Below are positions 7,464 to 15,868 of a DNA stretch of 37,914 nt, in pieces. A program made the position numbers and the translations under genes. The DNA comes from an uncultured Candidatus Saccharibacteria bacterium. Its GTDB lineage: Bacteria > Patescibacteriota > Minisyncoccia > Minisyncoccales > UBA1441. The notes beneath the pieces are model-generated. The model had not been told where the DNA came from. It saw nothing but the letters and a program-made list of their open reading frames with translations, and did no database searches. The stretch lies in contig CAZUSP010000003.1 in NCBI GenBank assembly GCA_964623505.1, positions 1 to 37,914 of the forward strand, in the 5' to 3' direction. The number at the start of each line of letters is the position of its first letter. Positions within the stretch are counted from its first letter, which is position 1.

Positions 7464-10400
7464 TCAAGATGAAGCCCCGACCACGCAATAGTTCAGGGGC
7501 ATCACTAAATCAAACTTCAGCGGGAGTTTGACGCAGACATTTTCGGCCACACAAATTTCCACTTCATAATCTGTCTCTATCCCTACTCGCCCATTGGCTC
7601 TTCCTGTTTCGCCAGAAGAAGTTGATAGTTTAAAGATAATATCTATGTCCTCGAGATTGACTTTCAAGTCGAAATCCTGTCCATCTAAAACTTCCTGTTT
7701 TATGCGGTTGATGATCTGTTCAAGATTCATACCCGTCTGGCCAACCAACAAGCTGGCAAACTGTTCCAGATTGAGTTCTTTGGAGCAACTTCGGCCTAAC
7801 TGGCAGCGGAAACTCGTCCAGGCATTCAAGATCGGAATGTAAGGCTTGACCCAAACCGACCCAGACCCTCCCTCATTAAACGGGCAGTTCGTTAGATTGG
7901 GCACGTTTTGATCAGTCATAACGCACAGATCAAATGCACTGGCGCCAAATAGCGGCCTCCAGTATGAAGAGATAACTGGCATTTGGTTGCGGCTGGGACT
8001 GCTCTCCAAGTAATTAATCCCCATCAATCCACAGCTGGCCGAACCTCCCCGATCGGTCGAAGCCCTATTGTTCCAACCACACTGAGCATGCTTGGCCCAT
8101 ATCCCGGCCGCATCCGAGAAAGAACACTTTGGAAGGCTAAGCCGGCTGCCCGGCAGACCGCTTACTGGAGTCGGGGCTGGGGTCGGAGCCGGAGCCGGGG
8201 CTGGGGCTGGGGTTGGGGCTGGAGTAGAGGTTGTCGGCACCCCAACAACACAGTAATCAAGGGGCATGACAAAATTGAACTCAAGTGGAATTTTAACGCA
8301 CAGGCCCTGAGCCGCACAAAGTTCAAGCTCTTGATCCGAGTCAACAAATATTCGGCCATGAGATCGACCTGGCTCTTGAGAAGAAGTGTTGAGGCGGAAC
8401 TCAACCGGTATCTCTCCCGAAACAACTTTACTTAAATCAATCTCTAAATTGAAATTCTGACCTTGCAAGAGTTGACTCGCGATCTGCTGAACTGCCTGCC
8501 GCAAACTTGCGCCCACTGACTCCTGTATCAATAATTTCGCCAAATCGGTAATTTTGATGCTCCGAGAACAAGGCTGCCCAACTTGACAGCGGAAGCTGGT
8601 CCAGATAGTCAATACTGGTATGGCCGGCTTGACCCAGACCGCGCCCGTTCCCCCATCGCCGAAAGGACAAGCAGCCAGATTGCTGATATTCTGATCGGCC
8701 GTTGTACACATATCAAGCTGACTGGCTCCAAAAAGTGGAGCCCAATAAGAACTTATCGGTCTTCGATTCCCATCCTGGCCAACTCTTGTTTGATAAACCC
8801 CGGCTAAACCACAACTTGATTGACCGGATCGTAAAGCAGAAACTCTCTTGCCCCAATCACAATGAGCATTCTTCACCCAGATACTGGCCGCGTCCGAAAA
8901 AGGACAGGCTGGCAGCCTGACTTGAGTTCCTGGCATAACGCCAGTTGTTGGGGGCGGGGTTGGGGTCGGGGTCGGAGCCGGAACAGGCGTTACTGTCGGG
9001 GTCGCCGAAACCGCCACCCTGACTGAAGCACAGTCCCGCCACTGATTTTGAGCATTGAAGAAACCGCTCCTGAATTCATACACCCCCGCCGCAGTTCGGC
9101 TCAAAGAAAAGGTCTTCGTGCACTGCTTGGCGTTGTTGCATCCTTGGTGAGGAGCCCAGTTTTGCTGAGCATCTCGATAATGAATGGTGGATACTCCAGC
9201 TGGATCTTGAGCCTCGATGGTCAGTGTGAAATTTTCACCCATTCCGACCGAACTTTTGCTAGCCCTCATTGTGCATTCTGATCTAGTAACGCCAACCGAC
9301 GGGTCGGCCACCGGCTGTTCAGTATAGGTTGCGGGGCCGCCAACAACAAAGCTTCTCCCTTCTCCCTGAACGCGCCCCAACTGATTGACTGCCACCGCTC
9401 GATAGTGGTAGGTTCGACCACTATGTTCGGCCAAATTGGCTTGAGTCAGTCCGGGAATTCCTGAATGAAATTCACCCAAAGATTGAGTTGGTTTTTGTTC
9501 GGTTGTCCCGAGTTCATACTGCGGAGTCAGCCCATACTCGAAATAAACAAGGCCGCCGAACGAGCCTCCCATATCAACCAAGCGGCCCCACATACTGGGC
9601 AAACTACCCGGAGACTGCTTCACCCCTAATGTCTCAACCTTCGGCTGAGAAGTTACCCTTGGCGGGACCCATGTTCCCCCAACCACACAAACATGAACAT
9701 CGACTGGAAATTCTAATCCAATTTTAAGCTCCCGGCTAATCTTTCCAAGGATCGGCAGATCAAGCTCTATCATTAAGCCTGATCCCGTTCTCGCGACGAT
9801 CGCACCCCAGGCTCGGCCGGGATCGTTGGCAAAAGTTTTAATGGTCAGCCCAACGCTCCCGCCTCCAATATTAAATCCCCTGGTTACCTCGCAGTCCCGA
9901 CCCATTTGGCACTTGGCCGCATCCCAGGGGACAATGTTGGCTCCGGGCATCTCTGGCTTAACCCAAACCGTCCCTTGTCCACCGTCGCTGAAAGGGCAAC
10001 CCGGAACATTGCTCAAGTTAGCCGATGAGTCGGCGCAGAGATGAAAAGCCGAGGCCCCGACTAGCGGCAGCCAAAGAGACTGAACGGCCGGAGTGCTGTG
10101 ACTATGACTAACGGAGAACGGCCAATACCAGCGGCAATGCTCATACTGCCCGGTCTGGGCAAAGCGCCAACCAGACAATCTTTGGCGATGCTTGGCATCC
10201 CAACTACATCGAGCATGCTTGGCCCAGATGCTGGCTGTATTGTCTTGGAATGGACACTGGGGCAGTTTGATCGTTGCGCCAACTGATGGGGGCTGGTCAC
10301 CCGGAGCAGGGCTGGTAAAGCAGACCTTTGAAGCAATCGTTCGACTAGCCTCATCCCGCCCACACCCTGGACAGACCAAAGAATAAAGATATTCTTGCTG

Positions 10401-11357
10401 CGGCTCGAGACCTTGATCCTCTTTCGATCCTCGAATTCGTCCAGTACCAAGGTTCATCACAAAAACTCCATTCCGATAAAGGTGAACCTCCATTGTCGTT
10501 TCAAGCATTGCCTGGCCTGAACCGTAGTGCACGGTAATGCTATTATGGGTCTCGCCGGAACAGCTTAGAAGATCTCCCGCTGTTGGAACGGGACAACTGG
10601 GATCGGGAGTTGAGGCGGGGCAGCCGTTCGGAGGAGTTGCCTGGCCCGGATCTTTAACAACGGACACGGACACCTTGGGACAGTGCTTCAAAGCCCCTTG
10701 GGAGTCATAGTAGGCGCCGGCAAATTCATATGTGCCGACAGTGTTCTTGCTAAGGGGGAAACTCTTGACGCAAGTGGCGGCGTTGCCACAAGGATGATGG
10801 GTTGACCACCTAACATCATGGTAATAAGCATAATTTATCCCGGCTGAATCTTCGATGCTGATCGTCAAGTTGAATCTTTCCCCTTCGCCGACAACCTTTT
10901 TATCAACCTCGAGAGTGCATTTAGATTTATCCGATGGTTTTGGCTTCTCGGCGACGCGTCCGGTCGCCGTCACCAGAACCGGCCCACATTCGCGCCAGGC
11001 ACTGCGATTATTATAGAAGCCACCCTTATATTCGTACGTCCCGGGACTTCTTAAAGCCGCTCTCCAAGTCCTCGTACAGGAGTCAACTCGACCGCAAGCC
11101 GACCAAGGAGACCACCTCTCATCTGCTCCATCATAATAATAGGCCCAAGCCACTCCGGTCGGATCACTTGACACAACTGTCACCGTGAACTCTTCTCCGA
11201 CGGTAACGCTGGTTTTACTGACGGTCACCTGGCAATGCCCGGCGGGCGGCTGAGACGTAGCCATTATTTTCGGCGACAGCTCGATCAGGCCCCAAGAAAC
11301 AAAAAACGAAAAGCCGACAATTAATATCGCCCATAAATATTTAGATCTTTTTACCAT
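7464..11357 (-). CDS. Giant secreted cysteine-rich modular surface protein (1297 aa)
   Basis: Signal/anchor MVKRSKYLWAILIVGFSFFVSWG. Three ~90-aa Ig-like modules at aa 42-131, 147-233 and 695-783 (C.V.VSK..V..GE.F.....). Two Fn3-like modules at aa 265-347 and 574-673. Three ~200-230-aa Cys-rich modules at aa 363-561, 813-1039 and 1073-1294, each ending ...C VVG. Pro/Thr/Ala linkers. Confidence 0.85.
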   Translation of the reverse strand: MVKRSKYLWAILIVGFSFFVSWGLIELSPKIMATSQPPAGHCQVTVSKTSVTVGEEFTVTVVSSDPTGVAWAYYYDGADERWSPWSACGRVDSCTRTWRAALRSPGTYEYKGGFYNNRSAWRECGPVLVTATGRVAEKPKPSDKSKCTLEVDKKVVGEGERFNLTISIEDSAGINYAYYHDVRWSTHHPCGNAATCVKSFPLSKNTVGTYEFAGAYYDSQGALKHCPKVSVSVVKDPGQATPPNGCPASTPDPSCPVPTAGDLLSCSGETHNSITVHYGSGQAMLETTMEVHLYRNGVFVMNLGTGRIRGSKEDQGLEPQQEYLYSLVCPGCGRDEASRTIASKVCFTSPAPGDQPPSVGATIKLPQCPFQDNTASIWAKHARCSWDAKHRQRLSGWRFAQTGQYEHCRWYWPFSVSHSHSTPAVQSLWLPLVGASAFHLCADSSANLSNVPGCPFSDGGQGTVWVKPEMPGANIVPWDAAKCQMGRDCEVTRGFNIGGGSVGLTIKTFANDPGRAWGAIVARTGSGLMIELDLPILGKISRELKIGLEFPVDVHVCVVGGTWVPPRVTSQPKVETLGVKQSPGSLPSMWGRLVDMGGSFGGLVYFEYGLTPQYELGTTEQKPTQSLGEFHSGIPGLTQANLAEHSGRTYHYRAVAVNQLGRVQGEGRSFVVGGPATYTEQPVADPSVGVTRSECTMRASKSSVGMGENFTLTIEAQDPAGVSTIHYRDAQQNWAPHQGCNNAKQCTKTFSLSRTAAGVYEFRSGFFNAQNQWRDCASVRVAVSATPTVTPVPAPTPTPTPPPTTGVMPGTQVRLPACPFSDAASIWVKNAHCDWGKRVSALRSGQSSCGLAGVYQTRVGQDGNRRPISSYWAPLFGASQLDMCTTADQNISNLAACPFGDGGTGAVWVKPAIPVLTIWTSFRCQVGQPCSRSIKITDLAKLLIQESVGASLRQAVQQIASQLLQGQNFNLEIDLSKVVSGEIPVEFRLNTSSQEPGRSHGRIFVDSDQELELCAAQGLCVKIPLEFNFVMPLDYCVVGVPTTSTPAPTPAPAPAPAPTPAPTPVSGLPGSRLSLPKCSFSDAAGIWAKHAQCGWNNRASTDRGGSASCGLMGINYLESSPSRNQMPVISSYWRPLFGASAFDLCVMTDQNVPNLTNCPFNEGGSGSVWVKPYIPILNAWTSFRCQLGRSCSKELNLEQFASLLVGQTGMNLEQIINRIKQEVLDGQDFDLKVNLEDIDIIFKLSTSSGETGRANGRVGIETDYEVEICVAENVCVKLPLKFDLVMPLNYCVVGASS
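8173..8218 (+). repeat. G-quadruplex-forming low-complexity tract (encodes the PA/PT linker on the minus strand)
   Basis: Six G4 runs; the core is GGGGCTGGGGCTGGGGTTGGGG at 8197-8218. Confidence 0.6.
8950..8971 (+). repeat. G-quadruplex-forming tract (encodes the PT linker on the minus strand)
   Basis: GGGGGCGGGGTTGGGGTCGGGG: four G4+ runs with 1-2-nt loops. Confidence 0.6.
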
Positions 11358-11389
11358 TTTGCCTATAGTTAATTACTCTTCAACTAAAA

Positions 11390-11398
11390 ATTATAGCA
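11390..11398 (-). promoter_or_regulatory. Extended -10 promoter element (TGCTATAAT) for the 1297-aa gene
   Basis: The minus strand reads ...TTGTCT-16 nt-(TGC)TATAAT, about 32 nt upstream of the ATG at 11357. Confidence 0.4.
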
Positions 11399-11436
11399 AA
11401 GAAAAATCAAAAGACAACCCCTGACAGGGTGGAAGC

Positions 11437-11988
11437 TTACTTGCCCATTCCAGGCAGGAGCTCTTTTTCGGCCGCCCTTTGAACTGATCTTTCCAGCCGC
11501 TCTTGGCGATCGGCACTGGCCTCGAGACGATGATGATATATCTCCGGAAAAGCGGCTTTAGCCGCATCGCGGTCGTCCTCAAATGAACGATGTTCAACAA
11601 TCGTCAGCCGCCCCCGGTCCATGACCGCGGTCAAAACAACTGGTCCGCTGTAAACCAGGCCTTTCTGAAGGTTGCCGGCCTCATCCAGGTAGTACTCCTG
11701 ACAAAGGGCCCACAAATAATAATAAATCCGATCCGGCTGCTGATCGCTGCCCCAAAACTCGTGATCGCAGTAGACCCGGCCGCCAAAGTTGGTCTGGCCG
11801 TAGAAATCAGTTAAATAACCCTTAATCAGGGCATCTCGCTCACTCACCTGGATCGGCCCCTCAATCTGATCTGAATCTTGTTCCAGCGGCTTTTCCACTC
11901 TCTCAAGGCGCCGTTGATTGGCCCAGATAAATCCAACAATCAACATAACCAAGAGTAAACCAATTAGAATGACTATTTTTTTGCTCAT
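11437..11988 (-). CDS. Membrane-anchored protein of unknown function
   Basis: 183-aa ORF with anchor MSKKIVILIGLLLVMLIVGFIW followed by a soluble domain (YCDHEFWG...YYYLWALCQEYY). I recognise no motif. Confidence 0.65.
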   Translation of the reverse strand: MSKKIVILIGLLLVMLIVGFIWANQRRLERVEKPLEQDSDQIEGPIQVSERDALIKGYLTDFYGQTNFGGRVYCDHEFWGSDQQPDRIYYYLWALCQEYYLDEAGNLQKGLVYSGPVVLTAVMDRGRLTIVEHRSFEDDRDAAKAAFPEIYHHRLEASADRQERLERSVQRAAEKELLPGMGK

Positions 11989-12039
11989 ATTCTCTTGAGA
12001 AGGGTTTGTTTAAAGAAGCAAAACCCCTCAAAAAATCAA

Positions 12040-12717
12040 TTAGTTGCCGCTAAAAATACCTTCCAGCCATTTCTTGGCCTGATCCTTGCCACCTAACCCA
12101 AAGGCCAGGGCGGCCGCAATGACAATACCGGCAAAAAGGATCTGAACCAAGACTGAAGCAATATCGAGCTGAATCAGAGCAGCCATAACAGCAAAGATAA
12201 CCACGGCATATTTGGCCAAGCGGCTTAAGCTGACAACCTTGACTTTGGCCAGTCGAGAGGCCTGAAGCGACTTCTGGACAAACTGCTTAACCAGATCGCC
12301 AATGATTAAACCGATGACCAGGATCAAAATGGCGATAATGACATTGGGAATATAAAGAACGATCTCCCTCAAGAAGCCGGTCACTTCTTTTAGTTTGAGA
12401 ATGTCAGCCGCGGCCATAAAGGTGGCAATGATAACAAACCATTTAACAGTCCAGGCAAGGATCTCGGAGGGAATGAAACGAAACCCAACCTCTTCAAACT
12501 TCTCGGTGATCTTGGTCTTATCAAAAAGATGATCTATCTTGATGTAACTAATGACCCATCGGGTTAAGCGAGACAAAAGCACGGCCAATATCAAACCGAT
12601 GGCCAGGATAACAATCGCCCCGATGATATCAGGAATGATTCTCACAAATCCATTCCAGAGGTCTATCATTGAAGCCGTAAAAACTTCTTGGAATGAAACT
12701 ATCTGCGGATTGTTCAT
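12040..12717 (-). CDS. Integral membrane protein with repeated conserved-TM-helix motifs (MscS-associated TM_helix-like)
   Basis: 225 aa. Repeated helices of the form IPDIIGAIVILAIGLILAVLLSRL and IPNVIIAILILVIGLIIGDLVKQF. The functional call is tentative. Confidence 0.55.
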   Translation of the reverse strand: MNNPQIVSFQEVFTASMIDLWNGFVRIIPDIIGAIVILAIGLILAVLLSRLTRWVISYIKIDHLFDKTKITEKFEEVGFRFIPSEILAWTVKWFVIIATFMAAADILKLKEVTGFLREIVLYIPNVIIAILILVIGLIIGDLVKQFVQKSLQASRLAKVKVVSLSRLAKYAVVIFAVMAALIQLDIASVLVQILFAGIVIAAALAFGLGGKDQAKKWLEGIFSGN

Positions 12718-12777
12718 AACTTAAATTGATTTAATCTTAATTGAGTTGTCGACTCGACTGCCTAGATTATAGCCCAA

Positions 12778-13803
12778 CTAATTCTTTTTGCCAAGACGGC
12801 CGTCCATCTTCTTCCTTATCTTCGCCGTCAAGCTGCCTAAAGAAACCTCGCCCGACGGAGAAAGATAAGCACCTGCTTGGGCAATTTGTTTGACCAGTAA
12901 AAAACCCGGGATGGCCGTCAAAACACTAAATAAGGTAAAGGCATTGGCGACAAAGCGAGCACTGGCCAAGTCAGCAGTGATCAGGCCGACCAGAAAAGAA
13001 AACTGGGTCAAAAAGATCATCGCCAGCAGGGCAGTCATCAGTCGAAAGACAAAGAAGCCGCGCGCCACTATTTTGCCCACCCGAGAAGTGATCAAAGAAG
13101 CTAAGTTCACTGTAATGTTGGTGCCGGTAGCCGCTCCGATGACAAAAGGAACAGCAGCCATCGGCGCCAGGAAACCGCTCATGACCATGGCCATGACCAT
13201 GCCCACTGTAACCGAGGAAGATTGAAAGATAATGGTCGCGGCTGCCCCCACCAAAAACATATACCAGGGCATAGCCGCGAAGTAGTTGATCTGCGTGAAC
13301 AGCCATCCATCCTGGTCAAGACCAATAAAGGCACTGGTCATCAAAGAAAGACCAATAAACAATAATCCCAAACTGAATCCGGCCACTCCGACCATCTGAA
13401 TATATTTACCCCTTAAACCAAAGGTCCACCAGATCAGCCCGATGGCCACCAACAAGGGGCCATATTCCATAACTGGAAAAGCGATCAACTGAGCGGTGAT
13501 AGTGCTGCCAATGCTGGCCCCAAGCAGCAGCAGAATACCGGAAAAGACGGAGACTATCCCTCCGCCGACCAGCCCCACCACGATCGATGAAGCCGCCGAA
13601 CTGCTTTGAATCACCGCTGTCACCGAAGCTCCCAATAAGAAATAGAACCACTTGCGCCCCTCGGCCCTTTTGAGCCATCTTTTGACATCAGCACCCAAGA
13701 TCCTTTCTGCGTAACGAGCAAAAAGGAAAATGCCGGATAAAAAAAGACCCAGCCCTAAAAGAAATGTCACCACGGCAACCATCATACGACTCAAGTATAA
13801 CAT
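12778..13803 (-). CDS. Na+/phosphate cotransporter family protein
   Basis: Duplicated Na_Pi_cotrans signature: AVIQSSSAASSIVVGLV...GASIGSTITAQ and TIIFQSSSVTVGMVMAM...GAATGTNITV. I place the start at the ATG at 13803, because the ORF-track start at 13809 is TTG. Confidence 0.85.
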   Translation of the reverse strand: MLYLSRMMVAVVTFLLGLGLFLSGIFLFARYAERILGADVKRWLKRAEGRKWFYFLLGASVTAVIQSSSAASSIVVGLVGGGIVSVFSGILLLLGASIGSTITAQLIAFPVMEYGPLLVAIGLIWWTFGLRGKYIQMVGVAGFSLGLLFIGLSLMTSAFIGLDQDGWLFTQINYFAAMPWYMFLVGAAATIIFQSSSVTVGMVMAMVMSGFLAPMAAVPFVIGAATGTNITVNLASLITSRVGKIVARGFFVFRLMTALLAMIFLTQFSFLVGLITADLASARFVANAFTLFSVLTAIPGFLLVKQIAQAGAYLSPSGEVSLGSLTAKIRKKMDGRLGKKN

Positions 13804-13804
13804 A

Positions 13805-13838
13805 AACAAAAAACGGGCCGTGACTTACCACGGTCCGT
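13805..13838 (-). terminator. Rho-independent terminator after the Hsp20 gene
   Basis: 10-bp stem (13813-13822 pairs with 13829-13838; one G-U), 6-nt loop. On the minus strand it is followed by TTTTTTGTTT. Confidence 0.65.
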
Positions 13839-13844
13839 TTTATC

Positions 13845-14333
13845 TTATTTCTTGATCTGGATCTTTTTTTTCTTTGGCCCCTCGGCCTTGAACAAGCTGA
13901 TGGTCAAGACACCATTCTTGATCTCGGCCGTGGCCTTATCGGCCTCGACCCGGGCCGGCAGATAAATCACTCTTTGGAACTGGCCCGACTCTCTTTCTAC
14001 CCGGTAAAACTCTTTCCCTTTCTCCTCGGCCTGACTTTCGCTTCGGCCGCTAATAAACAGGGCGTCTCCATCGACCTCGATATCAATCAAATCTGGATCA
14101 ATGCCGGGAACGTCGGCTTTAACGGTGATCAGCTGATCATCTTCGCTGATGTCAACCCGGGGGAAACCGGCTACTCGGTGAGCTGAAGGCCGAAAAGAAT
14201 CAAATTGGTCAAAAGGATCCCAGATGCTCTCATCAAACAAACGATTCATCGCCTCGCGCAGGGAGAGCAAATTGCCTTGAGGACGATAAGGGTCAAGAGA
14301 TCGACTCTCTTGATTAGATTTTTTATTCCTCAT
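13845..14333 (-). CDS. Hsp20 / alpha-crystallin small heat-shock protein
   Basis: 162 aa with an alpha-crystallin domain: RVDISEDDQLITVKADVPGIDPDLIDIEV...FYRVERESGQFQRVIYLP...AEIKNGVLTISL. Confidence 0.9.
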   Translation of the reverse strand: MRNKKSNQESRSLDPYRPQGNLLSLREAMNRLFDESIWDPFDQFDSFRPSAHRVAGFPRVDISEDDQLITVKADVPGIDPDLIDIEVDGDALFISGRSESQAEEKGKEFYRVERESGQFQRVIYLPARVEADKATAEIKNGVLTISLFKAEGPKKKKIQIKK

Positions 14334-14399
14334 GGTTGATTAAATTCATTAATTTGGACGACCTTTATCAAAAATATTATAAACGGAGAAGCCCCTCTG

Positions 14400-14588
14400 T
14401 CAAGACCTGGCCGGCTTCAGCCAGATCCAGAAGATATATGCTCCGGAAAAGAAGAAAAGAATAAAAAACAACGGCTGGTAGGATTCCCAGAAATCAAACC
14501 AGCGCACCCCAACCATCAGCCCCAGAGAAAAAAGGCTGATTTCGTAAATTCCGGCCTGCCACCACTTTAATGTTAGATCTTTGATCAT
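14400..14588 (-). CDS. Small two-TM membrane protein (62 aa)
   Basis: ATG at 14588 shares one base with the deaminase stop (TAATG). Translation is hydrophobic: MIKDLTLKWWQAGIYEISLFSLGLMVGV...FFILFFFSGAYIFWIWL. Confidence 0.45.
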   Translation of the reverse strand: MIKDLTLKWWQAGIYEISLFSLGLMVGVRWFDFWESYQPLFFILFFFSGAYIFWIWLKPARS

Positions 14589-15046
14589 TAATAAAGCTGG
14601 CCTCCCTGCTTTTGCCAAACAGTGAAAAGCTCTTCGGCCCTTTTTTTAAAGTCATTAACAGCCACCAACTCTACGCCGCTTCCCTCTATCAGATGATAAA
14701 GCTTCTCGTCTCGAAAACCGGAGCGAGCCGCCAAAGATCTGGGAGCCGCATAATAAACCTTCTGAAGATTGGCCCAGTGAACAGCCATTAAGCACATTGG
14801 ACATGGCTCGGAAGTGGTTACCAAAAAACAATCCGAGAGATGGGGACTGCTCATCTTGGCAGCCGCTTCGCGAATGGCTTTGATTTCAGCGTGAGCCGTT
14901 GGATCATTATCAATCAAGACGCTATTGTAGCCCCGTCCAACAATTTGGTCCCGGCAAACAACCACTGCCCCGAAGGGGCCGCCTGATTGCCGCTCAACTG
15001 CCTTTTCGGCTTCTTGAAAAGCCGCTTCAAAAAAATCATTCAACAT
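14588..15046 (-). CDS. CMP/dCMP-type zinc deaminase, GuaD-like (guanine deaminase / nucleoside deaminase)
   Basis: GGPFGAVVV...GYNSV...DPTAHAEIKAIREA...SEPCPMCLMAVHWA...GFRDEKLY closely follows the Bacillus GuaD pattern as I recall it. Confidence 0.8.
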   Translation of the reverse strand: MLNDFFEAAFQEAEKAVERQSGGPFGAVVVCRDQIVGRGYNSVLIDNDPTAHAEIKAIREAAAKMSSPHLSDCFLVTTSEPCPMCLMAVHWANLQKVYYAAPRSLAARSGFRDEKLYHLIEGSGVELVAVNDFKKRAEELFTVWQKQGGQLY

Positions 15047-15219
15047 GCTTCATATTATAACCAAGTTTTTTGGGAAACTAAATGGGGAAAACTATCCTTG
15101 TATAAAATTATATAATTGCGATAATGAATTTATTAGGGAGGAACAAACAAGGAGGATTTAGGGATAGGGTTTAAGGAGATCTAGCGGAGAGCAAGCTGTC
15201 CTCAAATTTATTGTTCATC

Positions 15220-15861
15220 ATGAATAAAAAACAAAAGATCGAACTCGCTATCATTAGCGGGCTGTTTTTGCTTGGCTTGACGGGAATATTTCTAGCTTAC
15301 CGCCAAAAACCCGAAAACCCATCTTTATCTCATCATGACCTGTTGGTGGAGCCGATGGCCTGGAGTCAAGCTGAAGAGTATCGGCTGGAGAAAGATAAAA
15401 CGGGCACTCGAGTAAGCCACCAACTGACAAGCTTTGAAATGGTCTTTCCCCCGAACTGGTCGGTGGAGATATTGTCGGATAAAGTATCTTCAGAAAATGT
15501 ATCCGTCAGGGCGCTGACCGAGGGAAGCTCTTGGGACCAGAATCAGATAATAAGAGAAGGGTGCTCCATTGATTTTGGATTTGCCTATGCTCCTTTAAGG
15601 CACCAGCTGGCGGAAGAAACTATTGCCGATCTCGGATCAGAGATTCTCAGTGGAATTGGGAAGAAAAGAGTGATCACCGTCTCCTCAACCCGCGGCATTC
15701 TGCGTTCTTCTGTCGCCCAGAATGGACATTATTTTGCCGATATCACCGCCCCGCTGAACAACTCTTATCTGCTTGACGCCTCTCTGGTTTTTTCTGAAGA
15801 CCACCGCCTCGAGTGCCAAAAACAAATTCTAGAGTTATTGGCCGAAGCCAAAATTAGATAA
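15220..15861 (+). CDS. Membrane-anchored protein of unknown function
   Basis: ATG at 15220 (the ORF-track start at 15211 is TTG). Has one N-terminal TM helix. Its stop lies 7 nt before the start of the LTD/GLUG gene, so the two are likely co-transcribed. Confidence 0.6.
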   Translation: MNKKQKIELAIISGLFLLGLTGIFLAYRQKPENPSLSHHDLLVEPMAWSQAEEYRLEKDKTGTRVSHQLTSFEMVFPPNWSVEILSDKVSSENVSVRALTEGSSWDQNQIIREGCSIDFGFAYAPLRHQLAEETIADLGSEILSGIGKKRVITVSSTRGILRSSVAQNGHYFADITAPLNNSYLLDASLVFSEDHRLECQKQILELLAEAKIR

Positions 15862-15868
15862 CCAGCTT

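Noticed and set aside
11418-11432. Terminator after the 183-aa gene (CCCTG-A-CAGGG followed by T-rich sequence)
   Set aside because: The stem is only 4-5 bp with a 1-3-nt loop, which is too weak to call.
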